Assembly (NCBI GenBank): GCA_050250255.1
Contig: JBFWOZ010000010.1
Location: 16,718-80,717, forward strand
DNA length: 64,000 nucleotides
Origin: Bdellovibrionales bacterium
Lineage (GTDB): Bacteria; Bdellovibrionota; Bdellovibrionia; Bdellovibrionales; DASUEL01
Reading direction: 5' to 3'
Program-made: the position numbers and the translations under genes
Shown here: positions 1 through 10,165 of the stretch, piece after piece
How positions within the stretch are numbered: position 1 is the stretch's first letter
Layout of the letters: every line of letters starts with the position of its first letter
The notes under the pieces: model-generated
What the model saw: the letters and a program-made list of their open reading frames with translations, nothing else
The model's database searches: none
Told to the model about the DNA's origin: nothing

Positions 1-2
1 AC

Positions 3-677
3 GGCAGGCATATAGAGGCCTGGTTTGCCTCGTTGAGCGGCGATCGTATTTTCCGCACTCGTTAAATCAAGTTCGGCCTGGCGTAAGGTGTTAGGTGCGT
101 GAGCTTTAGCGCGATCCTCATTTCTTGCGGTCTGAACTTGATTTCGAGCATTACTTAAGTGAACCGTTTTTAAAGTTTCCACTTCAAGAGCCATGTAGCG
201 AGTTTGAAGTGAAGAAAAATCAGCTGACGTTAGATTTTTTAAATCAGAAAATTCTCGACGAAAACTATCATCGATGTTTCCAAGTTCTTTATTGTGGTGG
301 GGATGTTGCCTAGCACCTGCGGTGATGGCCATGTTTCGAGCCGCTAAAATTCCTTCTACAATAGGACGTTTACCAGTAGCAAACTCTTCTGCTCGCTGTA
401 AGTAGCCTCGGGCATAACCGATTTCGTTTCGTGCTTCTTCGCCATCTCCATCAGCCATTTCTTCTTTAGCTTCTTTAAGTGCGGCTTCTGCGGATTTGTA
501 ATCTTTTGGGGCCATCACATCGAGGTGATTTTTGCGGGCGGTTTCAATTTCTGATTCTAATTTAACAATTTCTTCTGATGTATTACTGCTCACTTCGGCT
601 TTGTGAACACTATGTCCGCAACCAAATGAAACAAAAAGCAAGCTCATCGCTGTAAGGGTTAAGCCTCGTAAACGCAT
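3..677 (-). CDS. Lipoprotein, partial (runs off window start); helical, possibly the N-terminal part of an OmpA-family lipoprotein
   Basis: Not in ORF track. Manual translation from ATG 677: MRLRGLTLTAMSLLFVSFGCGHSVHKAEV..., lipobox FGC, GGAGG RBS upstream, open to window edge. Confidence 0.75.
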   Translation of the reverse strand, partial: MRLRGLTLTAMSLLFVSFGCGHSVHKAEVSSNTSEEIVKLESEIETARKNHLDVMAPKDYKSAEAALKEAKEEMADGDGEEARNEIGYARGYLQRAEEFATGKRPIVEGILAARNMAITAGARQHPHHNKELGNIDDSFRREFSDLKNLTSADFSSLQTRYMALEVETLKTVHLSNARNQVQTARNEDRAKAHAPNTLRQAELDLTSAENTIAAQRGKPGLYMPA

Positions 678-718
678 GGATATCCTCCGGGTAAAATGAT
701 CATTGTGCGGGATACATG

Positions 719-734
719 AGCATATAATATGCCA
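719..734 (-). promoter_or_regulatory. Putative sigma-54 (-24/-12) promoter
   Basis: Minus strand TGGCATTATATATGCT: GG-N10-GC spacing, about 40 bp upstream of the ATG at 677. Confidence 0.5.
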
Positions 735-820
735 GGGCACAGAACGATTGGGTCAGGCAATAAGGGACTTTTTCAAAAAGGAGAGGGGTAAAAAGACCCG
801 TACGATGGGACAAAGCTCCT

Positions 821-1873
821 CTAAGAGCGGATCGCCCAACGGAGTTTTGCGGGAGCGGCTCGGGGATTCGCACGCTGTTCTTCGAAGCTTGGGCGAATGA
901 ATTCTGGTGCGACCTGGCTGTATACGCCAGTCCGATGTCCAGCTTGAAAAGCTTTTTTTACGCGACGATCTTCGCCAGAGTGAAAACTTAAAATGGCGAT
1001 TCGACCTCCGCGTTCGACGAAGTCGGGGAGTTCTTCTAAAAATTGATCGAGCGCTTCGAACTCTTCATTCACCGCGATTCGCAAAGTTTGAAATACGCGT
1101 TTGATAGGAGTGTTGCCTTCGTTCTCTCGCACCTTTGCAGAAAATGTTTTCACAACATCTCGAACGACTTTTGCCACCAGCAGTGTCGTTTGTGGTTTGT
1201 ATTTCACCAAAGCCGCCGCAATTTGTCGTGCGTGAGGCTCATCGGAATTTTCAATTAACATCTCCTGCAAAGTTTCTTGATCGAGCTCTTTCAGAAGGGC
1301 GGATGCGGGTTGTCCGCGAGAAGGGTTCATTCGTAAATCGAAAGGCCCATCTTGCTTAAAAGTAAATCCGCGATCTGGATTATCAATTTGCATGGAAGAG
1401 AGACCGAGATCGGCGAGCACCAAATCCATTTTCCCTAATTTATTGACCTTCAAAAAGTTTTTGGCTTCCCGAAAGTTGATAGACCCAATCACGAGAGATT
1501 TTTCTGGAAAGTCGAGAGCTCTCAGGCGAGCCTCTGTCTTAGGTCGTTCAATAGGATCTTGATCCAAGGCGATGAGTCGCCCTTTAGGGAGAATGCGTTT
1601 TAAAATCTCTTGAGAGTGGCCACCAAAACCTAAAGTGGCATCGAGAGCTTTATCGCCAGGTTTTGGTTTGAGAATTTCTAAGATTTCGTCGACACAGACG
1701 GGGCGGTGAGTTCCGACGGGAGTCGCTCCACGTTCAATGACCTTTTGCAAATCCTTTTGGTATTTTTCGGGATTGAGTTCTTTGTATTTTTCAGAAAATT
1801 TACGAGGGTGTTTTCCCTTATAGCGGACTCGTCGTTTAGGTTTTGGTTCCGACGAGTCATTCATAAGAGTCAC
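821..1873 (-). CDS. rsmH: 16S rRNA C1402 N4-methyltransferase RsmH (MraW), with basic N-terminal extension
   Basis: HRPV, DATLGFGGHS, DLGLSSMQID, FDLRM, FQTLRIAVNEE, SFHSGEDRRVK, NPRA..AKLR motifs. Confidence 0.93.
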   Translation of the reverse strand: MTLMNDSSEPKPKRRVRYKGKHPRKFSEKYKELNPEKYQKDLQKVIERGATPVGTHRPVCVDEILEILKPKPGDKALDATLGFGGHSQEILKRILPKGRLIALDQDPIERPKTEARLRALDFPEKSLVIGSINFREAKNFLKVNKLGKMDLVLADLGLSSMQIDNPDRGFTFKQDGPFDLRMNPSRGQPASALLKELDQETLQEMLIENSDEPHARQIAAALVKYKPQTTLLVAKVVRDVVKTFSAKVRENEGNTPIKRVFQTLRIAVNEEFEALDQFLEELPDFVERGGRIAILSFHSGEDRRVKKAFQAGHRTGVYSQVAPEFIRPSFEEQRANPRAAPAKLRWAIRS

Positions 1874-1878
1874 TCATT

Positions 1879-2802
1879 TTAGAGATTTGATTTTACCGTA
1901 CGAGCGACACCAGCGCCGTGAAGCGAGTGTTTTTCGTAAAGGGCTTCAGGTGTTCCGCTTTCGCCGTAGGTGTCGTTCACACCGATGCGTACGAGGCGAG
2001 TGCCAATCCCAGTTGTGCTTAAGTGTTCTGCCACCGCGCCGCCAAGGCCTCCAATAATATTGTGATCCTCAGCCGTGAAAATGGTTTTACATTTTTTGGC
2101 CCAAGTGGTGATGGCTTCTGTATCGAGGGGTTTGATCGTGTGAACGTTCACTACCGCTACGTCGAGGCCATCTTTTTTCAACAACTCTGCCGCTTGCATC
2201 GCGGAGCCTACAAGGCCTCCAGTTGCAAAGATTACGGTGTCTTTACCAGAGCGAAGTTCATCGGCTTTTCCAAAACGGAATTTGTAATCAGATTTATGAA
2301 CCACATCCATATCTTGGCGTGTGAGACGAAGATAGGCGGGACCTTGGTGATCCATCAAATAGCGCATCATCGCTTTTGTTTCGATGTCATCAGCAGGTTG
2401 AAGAACAGTCATATTAGGAAGGGTGCGCATGCAAGCGATGTCTTCTAAGCCCATCTGACTGTAACCGTCTTCACCGATTCCGATACCAGAGTGAGTACCA
2501 ACGAGGCGAACGTTGGCGTTGGAGTAACCAACACTCACACGAATGATATCGAAACGACCTGTTAAGAAACACGCGAAGGAACAAAGAAAAGGAATTTTCC
2601 CACTGAGAGCTAAACCTGCAGCTGTTCCGATCATGTTGGCTTCTTGAATTCCCATTTGGAAAAAACGCTCGGGAAATTTTTTGCTAAATGACTCGCTCTT
2701 TGTGCTTTTAGAAAGATCCGCATCAAGGACTACGATGTTTTTAAATTCGGGACCTAGTTCAACAAGTGCATCACCAAAACTGGCGCGAGTGGCTTTACCC
2801 AT
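1879..2802 (-). CDS. Transketolase, C-terminal (pyrimidine-binding) subunit
   Basis: DADLSKST, GIQEANM, GEDGYSQ, EDHNIIGGLG motifs. Confidence 0.92.
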   Translation of the reverse strand: MGKATRASFGDALVELGPEFKNIVVLDADLSKSTKSESFSKKFPERFFQMGIQEANMIGTAAGLALSGKIPFLCSFACFLTGRFDIIRVSVGYSNANVRLVGTHSGIGIGEDGYSQMGLEDIACMRTLPNMTVLQPADDIETKAMMRYLMDHQGPAYLRLTRQDMDVVHKSDYKFRFGKADELRSGKDTVIFATGGLVGSAMQAAELLKKDGLDVAVVNVHTIKPLDTEAITTWAKKCKTIFTAEDHNIIGGLGGAVAEHLSTTGIGTRLVRIGVNDTYGESGTPEALYEKHSLHGAGVARTVKSNL

Positions 2803-2805
2803 AAG

Positions 2806-3651
2806 TTAGGCCTCCTGAAGGGATTGTTCATATTGATCCATTTCGGAAAGAGCTTTTTTGAGCTCCTCTGCGTTTGGACTGGAGCCGTGCCATTTATTCA
2901 CGTTTTCCATGTAGCTCACGCCTTTACCTTTAACGGTATCGGCAATGACGATGGTTGGTTTTGTTTTTTCCGCTCGTGCTTTCGCAAGAGCCGAAAGAAT
3001 TTGTTCGAAGTTGTGTCCATCGATGCGAATGGTATTCCATCCGAAAGCTTGGAATTTCTTTTCGATTTCACCAAGGCTCAAAACTTCTTCCGTCGTTCCA
3101 TCGATTTGGTAGCGATTTAAATCCAAGAACACGCAAATGTTCGTAATTTTATGGTGCGGAATCGACATTGCCGCTTCCCACACTTGCCCTTCTTGAGTTT
3201 CACCATCTCCCATCAAGCAATAAACGCGATAGTCTTTTTTCTCAATCCGGGCGTTAAGGGCAATCCCTTGAGCGATCGAGAGACCTTGCCCAAGTGATCC
3301 GGTGCAAGCTTCGACCGCTGGCATACGCATGCGATCGGGATGTCCTTGAAACGGACTTCCGAGTTTTCTTAAACTTAAAGTTTCTTCTGGTTTAAAATAA
3401 CCTTTGAGCGCAAGCGTTGCATAGAGAGCCGGCACTGCATGACCTTTGCTCAAGATGAAACGATCGCGATCAGCCCATGTGGGTTCTTTCGGATTTGTTT
3501 TCATCTCATCAAAAAAGAGAGTGGTGATGATGTCGATGGCAGAAAGGGATCCACCCGGATGTCCATTTCCAGCAGCGGTGAGCATTTTTAAAATCCACCG
3601 ACGGGCTTCGGTGGCCGTTTTTTGAAGATTATAAACTTTTGATTTTGACAT
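2806..3651 (-). CDS. Transketolase, N-terminal (TPP-binding) subunit
   Basis: GHPGGSLS, RDRFILSKGH, GSLGQG, GDGETQEGQVWEA motifs. Confidence 0.93.
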   Translation of the reverse strand: MSKSKVYNLQKTATEARRWILKMLTAAGNGHPGGSLSAIDIITTLFFDEMKTNPKEPTWADRDRFILSKGHAVPALYATLALKGYFKPEETLSLRKLGSPFQGHPDRMRMPAVEACTGSLGQGLSIAQGIALNARIEKKDYRVYCLMGDGETQEGQVWEAAMSIPHHKITNICVFLDLNRYQIDGTTEEVLSLGEIEKKFQAFGWNTIRIDGHNFEQILSALAKARAEKTKPTIVIADTVKGKGVSYMENVNKWHGSSPNAEELKKALSEMDQYEQSLQEA

Positions 3652-3697
3652 GTTTCGTTTTCCCTCGATCGCAGGAAAACGTCAAGCGCCCGGTTTC

Positions 3698-4330
3698 TTA
3701 AAACATGAAGGTAAAAGCGAGAATGGGGCGGAAGAAGGCATGATTCGCTGTTGCAGGCAAATCGACTGCGACGCCGGTGCTTCCCTGTTGCTTCGTATAA
3801 GTCGCGGTATAGTAGGTGAGCTGTGGGCCTAGGCCGATTTGGCCATTAAACCAAAAGGTCACACCGATGTCGACTTGGTAACCTGTTCCCCCGGTAAAAG
3901 TTGTTTTGAGCGAGTCGGTTCCTGTCGTATAGAGTGGCGCTAAATGATAGGTCCCGAAGATATAAAACATGTCACCTGCAAAACCCAAAGTTGGTCCATA
4001 TGCTTGATAGGTTCTTTTGGTGTCAGAGGTTGTCGCATCGCCAAGAGATTCTTGAGTGTTGTGCGTACCATTATAATAAGTGCCGCCAATAAAAAGACCC
4101 ATATCCGTAAGGTAACCTAAAGCCACCATCATATCCGTACGAGTGTTGACGGTTTTAGTAGCCTGATCGCCACTGGCCTGACCTCCGTCATTGAATGAAT
4201 CGGTCCAGTACATTCCCATGGGCCGTAAAAGAAATCCGCCGCGACCGCCTTTTGCGGCAAAGGCAACAATGCTCATTAAAAATATTGTCGAAAAAATAAG
4301 AATCAAAAAGGGCATTCTTGAATTTTTCAT
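3698..4330 (-). CDS. Outer-membrane beta-barrel protein, hypothetical
   Basis: Signal peptide, alternating aromatic/Gly strands, C-terminal Phe; start placed at ATG 4330 behind GAGGTG. Confidence 0.65.
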   Translation of the reverse strand: MKNSRMPFLILIFSTIFLMSIVAFAAKGGRGGFLLRPMGMYWTDSFNDGGQASGDQATKTVNTRTDMMVALGYLTDMGLFIGGTYYNGTHNTQESLGDATTSDTKRTYQAYGPTLGFAGDMFYIFGTYHLAPLYTTGTDSLKTTFTGGTGYQVDIGVTFWFNGQIGLGPQLTYYTATYTKQQGSTGVAVDLPATANHAFFRPILAFTFMF

Positions 4331-4439
4331 AACCACCTCGTTACTCTTTTTAAAGATGTGAGTTGCGCTCACCTATGGAAAATTGTAGCTGATTTTTATG
4401 GACCAAGGTCAAAGTTCAGAAAGAACTTAGGACTATGGT

Positions 4440-5078
4440 CTAGGAGTTTTTCAGTTGACCCATATTTACCTGAACCGTCGAGCTGGCGAGGCTTTCAACG
4501 TCCCGCGGGTCATGAGTGATAAGAAGGGTGGGGATTTTAAACTCCTCTACCGTCTTTTTAACAAGAGCACGAGCTTCGTTCTTCAGATCTTCATCGATGG
4601 CAGAAAAAGGCTCATCTAAAAAGAGAAATTGTGGTTCACCAATGAGCGCACGCGCAAGGGCCACCCGTTGTTTTTCTCCACCAGAAAGAACGGCTGTGGG
4701 TCGCTCAAGAAGATACTGAATTTTTAAAAGCTGAGTGAGCTTTTCGAGATTTTCTTTTTTCCGAGAAGCTTTGATTTTTCTCGCATGTGCCGCGAATTCT
4801 AAATTTTCTCGCGCGCTCATGTGAGGAAAGAGTTCGTAGTTTTGAAAAACAACTCCAAGACGTTTTGAAGGAATATCCTGTTTCGCAATATCCACACCTT
4901 TTAAAGTCCAACTCAAAGTAGGGCAACTTTCCAAGCCAATCAGAAGGCGAAAAATAGAAGTTTTCCCTGCACCCGATGGACCGATCAGCGCCGTAATGCC
5001 TTGATCGGGAATTTCCCATTGAGGAATATGAATTTTAAAATCCCCATAATCTTTAATGAGGCCGGTAACCAAAGACAT
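4440..5078 (-). CDS. ABC transporter ATP-binding protein (ThiQ-like)
   Basis: Walker A GPSGAGKT, LSGGEKQR, FLDEPF, ITHD. Confidence 0.88.
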   Translation of the reverse strand: MSLVTGLIKDYGDFKIHIPQWEIPDQGITALIGPSGAGKTSIFRLLIGLESCPTLSWTLKGVDIAKQDIPSKRLGVVFQNYELFPHMSARENLEFAAHARKIKASRKKENLEKLTQLLKIQYLLERPTAVLSGGEKQRVALARALIGEPQFLFLDEPFSAIDEDLKNEARALVKKTVEEFKIPTLLITHDPRDVESLASSTVQVNMGQLKNS

Positions 5079-6489
5079 AACCTAATCTCCGAAAAAATAT
5101 CCAAACGCTCAAACCTAAAATAAGATTGAGCCAAGCAAGACTGCTCGCGGCTTCTATACGATAAGAATCCGCTAAGCTTTTAATTAAAAGTGATAACGAA
5201 AAAGTGGAGGGGGCCATAAGACTGGAAAAAGCAAAGTCTCCCGACGCCCAGAAAGCCATTAAGGCGGCTCCAAAACAGAGCGCGGGCCACACTTGAGGCA
5301 AAATGATCTTCCAATAAATTTCAGAAGGAGAGGCGCCTAAGCTTTGCGCCACTTCCATCTGGGGAAGAAGGGCATAGAAGGTGCCATCAACTTGGAGTCG
5401 ATAAATCAAAGGAAGAGTCAAAACGCAAAGACCCAGAATGATCGCCACTAAAGGCGAAAGAAATTCTGGCAAATCTAAAGAAAGCCACGCGACTCCTAGG
5501 AATGCCGTACTTGGCGCCAGGTAACTCAGCAAAAAGGGGCGAAAATGCGGATGCGGGAGTGCATAGCAGGTGAGAGCTAAAAGAAAAATCATAAAAAAAC
5601 CCGCGCCGAGACTTATGAAGACGGAATGAAGAAGTGCAGAAGAAAACGAGACCACCGAGTGGAGCTGCTTGAGATCTTGAAAGCCTCTTGGGAGATCAAG
5701 AAGTTGTCCCCATAAAATAATGACGGTGATTGTAAGCACCGGAATAAGTCCCCACCATAATCCAAGCAGTCGTGGCTGAAAGGGTTTTGTGTTAAGCGAA
5801 GTGTGAAAACGAGAAAGTTTCCAGCAGATCGCGAGCAAAAACAAAGACTGAAAGAGAGAGAGAGCAAAGGCCTGGGAGAAATCTTGATCAATGCGAATTT
5901 TTTCATAAATGAAGAGTTCAAGTGTTTGCCCGGTAAACCCGCCCGCAATAAGAGGAACAGAAAGACTACTAAAGGTAAGGGAAAAGAAAAAAAGTAGTAA
6001 AAGTGCTAAGTCTTTTTTTAAATAAGAAAGGACGACTTTCAAAAAAGCTAAGCGAGTCGCACCTTCAACAAGTGCGAGCTCACTCCATGTTCCTACTTTC
6101 GTGAGGAGAAGGGATTTGAGACTCACGGCACAGAGGCCAGTATAAAGTGCCGTTTGCACAATCACGATACCCGTAAGCCCAAAGGGGAAGGGATTAAAAA
6201 ACTTCAAGCAAGCAACGAGAACAAAAAGAGTAGGAACAAGGCTTGGTAAAAGCAAAAGGGTTTCTAATTTTTTCCAATTATAAAAATGAACTAAACCAAG
6301 GGCACCAAGAAATCCAAAGAGAAGGATAGAGAAGCTGCTGAGACTCGCCTGGAGAATGGTGAAACTCAAGATGTGTAGAAACTGAGCGTAAGGAATGTGA
6401 TTCCAGGAGTTAAGCTCGCTGACCAGCACGAGGAAGGGCGAAAGGAGCAGAAGGGCAATAAGAAAACGAATGAGAGATTTTATGCTCAT
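5053..6489 (-). CDS. ABC transporter permease (ThiP/FbpB-like, duplicated domain)
   Basis: Multi-TM protein with two EAA-like loops (ELALVEGA, EVAQSLGA), between binding protein and ATPase. Confidence 0.8.
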   Translation of the reverse strand: MSIKSLIRFLIALLLLSPFLVLVSELNSWNHIPYAQFLHILSFTILQASLSSFSILLFGFLGALGLVHFYNWKKLETLLLLPSLVPTLFVLVACLKFFNPFPFGLTGIVIVQTALYTGLCAVSLKSLLLTKVGTWSELALVEGATRLAFLKVVLSYLKKDLALLLLFFFSLTFSSLSVPLIAGGFTGQTLELFIYEKIRIDQDFSQAFALSLFQSLFLLAICWKLSRFHTSLNTKPFQPRLLGLWWGLIPVLTITVIILWGQLLDLPRGFQDLKQLHSVVSFSSALLHSVFISLGAGFFMIFLLALTCYALPHPHFRPFLLSYLAPSTAFLGVAWLSLDLPEFLSPLVAIILGLCVLTLPLIYRLQVDGTFYALLPQMEVAQSLGASPSEIYWKIILPQVWPALCFGAALMAFWASGDFAFSSLMAPSTFSLSLLIKSLADSYRIEAASSLAWLNLILGLSVWIFFRRLGYVFGYRPH

Positions 6490-7499
6490 TGCACTTGAGA
6501 CCAAAGATCCAGAAGTTCTTTCATTTTCAAGGTGGCGTAATCTTGGAGAGAAAAAGTTTTAACGAGAGGCAGTTGCGCGAATGGGGTTTGTGCCATGATG
6601 CGTTCTTGTGCGGGAAACATATAGTTCTTTTCCATCACAATCTTCTGAGCTGAGTCGCTTAAGAGAAATTTGATGAACTCTTTTGCAAGCGGAACATTGG
6701 AAGAACCTTCAGGAATCGCCATCCATTCATACTGTACAGCCAAAGATTCTTTAAAAACGATCGGCTGGTAATCAGAGTCTTTTTCTTCAACCCAATGATA
6801 AACCGGTGATGTGAGATAACTGTAAGCGAGCTTCGCTTGTTTTTTCTTAAAGAGCCCATAGGCGGTACTCCACGAAGGAGAAATGCTATGAATGTTATGC
6901 TTAAGTTGTTTTAAAAAAGTAGCGGCATTTTCTTTTTTTACAAGAGAAATCCAGGAAAGAAATTGTAAGCCCGGAGTGCTGGTTCGGGGATCTTGAAGAG
7001 CAATAGTGGATTTGTATTCAGGTTTTAAAAGATCATCGATGGAGCGAGGAGGATTTTTGAGCTCACTTTTTCGGTAGATAAAGGTGAGAGGTGCCCAATC
7101 GAGAGGAAGAAAAAAGTGATGAGCCGGAACTTCGCGATCCGGTAAAAGTTCAACGAGTTCGGAAAGAGGCTGCCAGCTGAGTTTTTCTTCGGCTTGCGGT
7201 AAGTGGAGCTGGTCTAAACCCAGCACCAGATCCACACGTTTTTCTCGCTCACGTAAAAGTTTTTGTAAAATGAGTGTTGAGTCTTCGACTTGAACAAGAT
7301 TGATTTTGCAGTCGCACTGAGCTTCAAACTCTTTCACCAATATTGGTCCAGGACCCCAAGCGTTAAGAAAAGAAGGGTAGGAATACACGATGAGAGTTTT
7401 TTGGTAATTGTAGAGCTTTGGTTTCGTATAGAAATAAACGGACCATACGGCGAGTGCGAGAAAGCCTAGAATTCCGAGACCCACCTTGCGCGAGTCCAT
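6486..7499 (-). CDS. thiB: Thiamine ABC transporter substrate-binding protein (ThiB/TbpA-like)
   Basis: YPSFLNAWGPGP, DLVLGLD, QDPRTSTPGLQFL, WSTAYGLF, SYLTSPVYH, NYMFP motifs. Confidence 0.82.
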   Translation of the reverse strand: MDSRKVGLGILGFLALAVWSVYFYTKPKLYNYQKTLIVYSYPSFLNAWGPGPILVKEFEAQCDCKINLVQVEDSTLILQKLLREREKRVDLVLGLDQLHLPQAEEKLSWQPLSELVELLPDREVPAHHFFLPLDWAPLTFIYRKSELKNPPRSIDDLLKPEYKSTIALQDPRTSTPGLQFLSWISLVKKENAATFLKQLKHNIHSISPSWSTAYGLFKKKQAKLAYSYLTSPVYHWVEEKDSDYQPIVFKESLAVQYEWMAIPEGSSNVPLAKEFIKFLLSDSAQKIVMEKNYMFPAQERIMAQTPFAQLPLVKTFSLQDYATLKMKELLDLWSQVQ

Positions 7500-7993
7500 T
7501 ACCACCAAATTCCACGCTGTCGCTTATAGAAAAAGTAATCCATTCCTAAGCAGCGTCCTGCTCCTAACCAAGCCATGGTCAAGAAAATGGCAATCAAAAG
7601 TCGGTAGAGGTCAGCGCTTTCGGGACCATAAATCCACAACATGTTCAAAGATAAGAAAAATCCTAGGATGGAAAGGGGTCTCACGAAATAGCCAAGCACA
7701 TAACTAATGCCGATCAAAAGCTCCATAACCACAATTGCTAAAGCAAAAATTTGCCAGTTAGGTACTAAAATGTTCTCGATGAAGGTGCTGTACCATTGAG
7801 GTGCGAGAGAACGTGGCAGCCAATGAAGGGCCGTCTCGGCTAACACAGGCCGTACCAAAAAATCGCTTCCATAACGCTCGAGCGCCTGGTTAATATAAAA
7901 ATAACCAATATAAACTCTCAGAAGAGCGAGAGGAAACAGATGACCAAGATATTTAATACTTTCAAAAAATGCGACCAGCACAGCTTTCTTCAT
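7499..7993 (-). CDS. DoxX/TQO small-subunit family membrane protein
   Basis: LRVYIGYFY, ELLIGI, GAGRCLGMD; AAGGAG RBS before ATG 7993; TAATG coupling to thiB. Confidence 0.75.
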   Translation of the reverse strand: MKKAVLVAFFESIKYLGHLFPLALLRVYIGYFYINQALERYGSDFLVRPVLAETALHWLPRSLAPQWYSTFIENILVPNWQIFALAIVVMELLIGISYVLGYFVRPLSILGFFLSLNMLWIYGPESADLYRLLIAIFLTMAWLGAGRCLGMDYFFYKRQRGIWW

Positions 7994-8020
7994 GCGCTCC
8001 TTACAGCAGAGAGTCAAACT

Positions 8021-8953
8021 TTGTTTTGCAATGTGCTTGTTACTTTTTTGTTAGGGTTTTCCTTCTTTTTTGACGCAACGGCCTTTGCGAAGGAAAAGTC
8101 TATTTCTACTCTCATGGAAGATCTCCAAAAGACCGTGAAGGCCCGTAAGTGGAATTGGGATCTAAGTGTTTTTACGTCACAAGGTTGGCAAAGCCACGGA
8201 ACTTCAGTTCAAGGCTATCCAATGATTTATTATAGCTGCGGAGATACAAAGGCCTCCAACAAATCTCTCATTTTGGCGAATGTGCATGGAGATGAAGTCA
8301 CTCCAGGGTATTTTGGTTTTAGATTGGTTGAGTGGTTAAAGGCCCGACCGGAACTTTGTAAGGATCGTTTTATCGTTGTCGCTCCTATGGTGAACCCTGA
8401 TGGGTTTATGCGCTACTCTAAAGGAACGCGCACGAATTATAACAAAGTAGATTTGAATCGGAATTTTGATACCCCAGATTGGGACAAGCTGGCGCTCAAG
8501 ATTTGGAAAGAAAAATTCAAGGCCCGCCGATACTATCCAGGAGATAAAGCGGGGACAGAACCGGAAGTGCATTTCCAAAAATGGCTCATTGATGAATTTA
8601 TGCCGACAAAAATTTTAAGCATTCACGCGCCTCTTAATTTCTTAGATTACGATGGCCCTCAGAACAACGAAGAGATTGCAGTGTTCGCAAAAAAGTATGT
8701 TGAAGCCTGTGAAGAGTTAAAATCGGCAGTGAAGAAAGCTACGCCGGCACTTGATTTTTACGCCTATGGAGTATTCCCAGGAAGTCTCGGAAATTATGCG
8801 GGTAAACAAAAAGGAATTCCTACTTTCACTGTTGAGCTACCGACAACAAAGCCTGAGTTGGCTGGTAAGTATTTTGGAGACCTGGAAGAGGGCACAGCCC
8901 TTTTCATTCAGTACGCTTTGAAAGAACAAAAAACCGCCGCTCTCCCTCGATAA
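8021..8953 (+). CDS. Secreted M14 zinc carboxypeptidase (murein peptide amidase MpaA-like)
   Basis: HGDE, NPDG, DLNRNF, EPE, SIH, PGSLGNY, TVELP motifs; start uncertain (TTG 8021 chosen). Confidence 0.82.
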   Translation: MFCNVLVTFLLGFSFFFDATAFAKEKSISTLMEDLQKTVKARKWNWDLSVFTSQGWQSHGTSVQGYPMIYYSCGDTKASNKSLILANVHGDEVTPGYFGFRLVEWLKARPELCKDRFIVVAPMVNPDGFMRYSKGTRTNYNKVDLNRNFDTPDWDKLALKIWKEKFKARRYYPGDKAGTEPEVHFQKWLIDEFMPTKILSIHAPLNFLDYDGPQNNEEIAVFAKKYVEACEELKSAVKKATPALDFYAYGVFPGSLGNYAGKQKGIPTFTVELPTTKPELAGKYFGDLEEGTALFIQYALKEQKTAALPR

Positions 8954-9066
8954 GATGAGAGACTGTTCCCAGCGCATTTCATGAGTAATTTTTTCTAAAC
9001 TCCAGCCATTTAATTGTGATTAAACACTGCTAAACATAGAACGCCTCCTATACCAGGGAGGTATTC

Positions 9067-9456
9067 ATGAAATTTCTTTTTTTAGCTCTTATGGCTTTTT
9101 CGTTTTATGCAGAAGCTCAGCGCCGTGTAAGTCCTTGTAGCGTTGGAAACGCACGACAAGCTGCGGAGGTTGCTGCCCAAGTTCTTTTACAAAAACACAA
9201 CATTGGTAATTATAAAGGTGTAACAAGCGTAGGTGTAGCTGCTTGCAGTCCTAAATCTTTAGCTCTACTTGCAGGCTATAAAGTTCCTGCGGTCGTTATG
9301 CCTGATGTATGTGGTGTTTTAGTCGGATTTGAAGATCGCTACGTAGCTAATGAAGTTGCAAAATCTATTATCACAAGTGTGGGTTCTAGATTTAAAACAA
9401 ATCAAGGCGAAGTCAGAATCTGTGGACGTATTACAGGTCGCATTGTTCCGCAGTAA
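9067..9456 (+). CDS. Small secreted hypothetical protein (4 Cys)
   Basis: GGAGG RBS, signal peptide ending AEA. Confidence 0.7.
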   Translation: MKFLFLALMAFSFYAEAQRRVSPCSVGNARQAAEVAAQVLLQKHNIGNYKGVTSVGVAACSPKSLALLAGYKVPAVVMPDVCGVLVGFEDRYVANEVAKSIITSVGSRFKTNQGEVRICGRITGRIVPQ

Positions 9457-9469
9457 AAGTTCAGAATTT

Positions 9470-10165
9470 TTAAATCAACTTCGGACAAAGTTTATTTAAG
9501 AAACATTCATCACACAAAGGTTTACGAGCCGTGCAGATGGCGCGGCCGTGAGAAATCAGCCAGTGAGAAAAGTTCACCCAGTGTTCGCGCTCTATAAGTG
9601 GTTCTAGTTCTTTTTCGATCTGGACTGCGCTTTGGCCTTTCACAAGTCCCAGTCGATTGCTCAAGCGTGTGACATGCGTATCGACGACCATTCCGGGAAT
9701 TCCATAAGCATTTCCTAAAACGACATTCGCAGTTTTTCGACCGACGCCAGCAAGTGCGCTCAACTCTTCCATTGTTTTCGGAACTTGTGATTTGTATTTG
9801 GTGACGAGCTCCTGGCAGCAGGCTTTGATGTTCTTGGCTTTGTTTTTATAAAAACCTGTTGAACGAACGAGAGTTTCAAGCTCCGTAATGTCCGCATTTG
9901 CAAAGGCTTTGGCGTTGGGGTAACGGGCAAAGAGTGCGGGAGTGGTTTTGTTTACGCGAGCATCTGTACATTGCGCAGAAAGAATCGTGGCGATAAGAAG
10001 CTGTAACGGATTTTCGTAATCTAAAGAACATTTCGCATCGGCATATTCATGAGACAACTCGTGAACGATTTTATCCGTACGCTTTTTTTTCTGCTCAAAC
10101 GTTTCTTTGGGATTTTTTTTTCGCGCCAAGGAGGGGAGCTTTTTGGATTTATTCTTGACCGTCAT
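9470..10165 (-). CDS. nth: Endonuclease III
   Basis: LSAQCTD, GVGRKTANVV HhH, VDTHV, C-X6-C-X2-C-X5-C 4Fe-4S motif. Confidence 0.95.
   Translation of the reverse strand: MTVKNKSKKLPSLARKKNPKETFEQKKKRTDKIVHELSHEYADAKCSLDYENPLQLLIATILSAQCTDARVNKTTPALFARYPNAKAFANADITELETLVRSTGFYKNKAKNIKACCQELVTKYKSQVPKTMEELSALAGVGRKTANVVLGNAYGIPGMVVDTHVTRLSNRLGLVKGQSAVQIEKELEPLIEREHWVNFSHWLISHGRAICTARKPLCDECFLNKLCPKLI

Noticed and set aside
125..313. Short + strand ORFs here and the many other 60-140 aa antisense or nested ORFs in the track
   Set aside because: They overlap well-supported genes in another frame or strand and show no motifs; treated as shadow ORFs.
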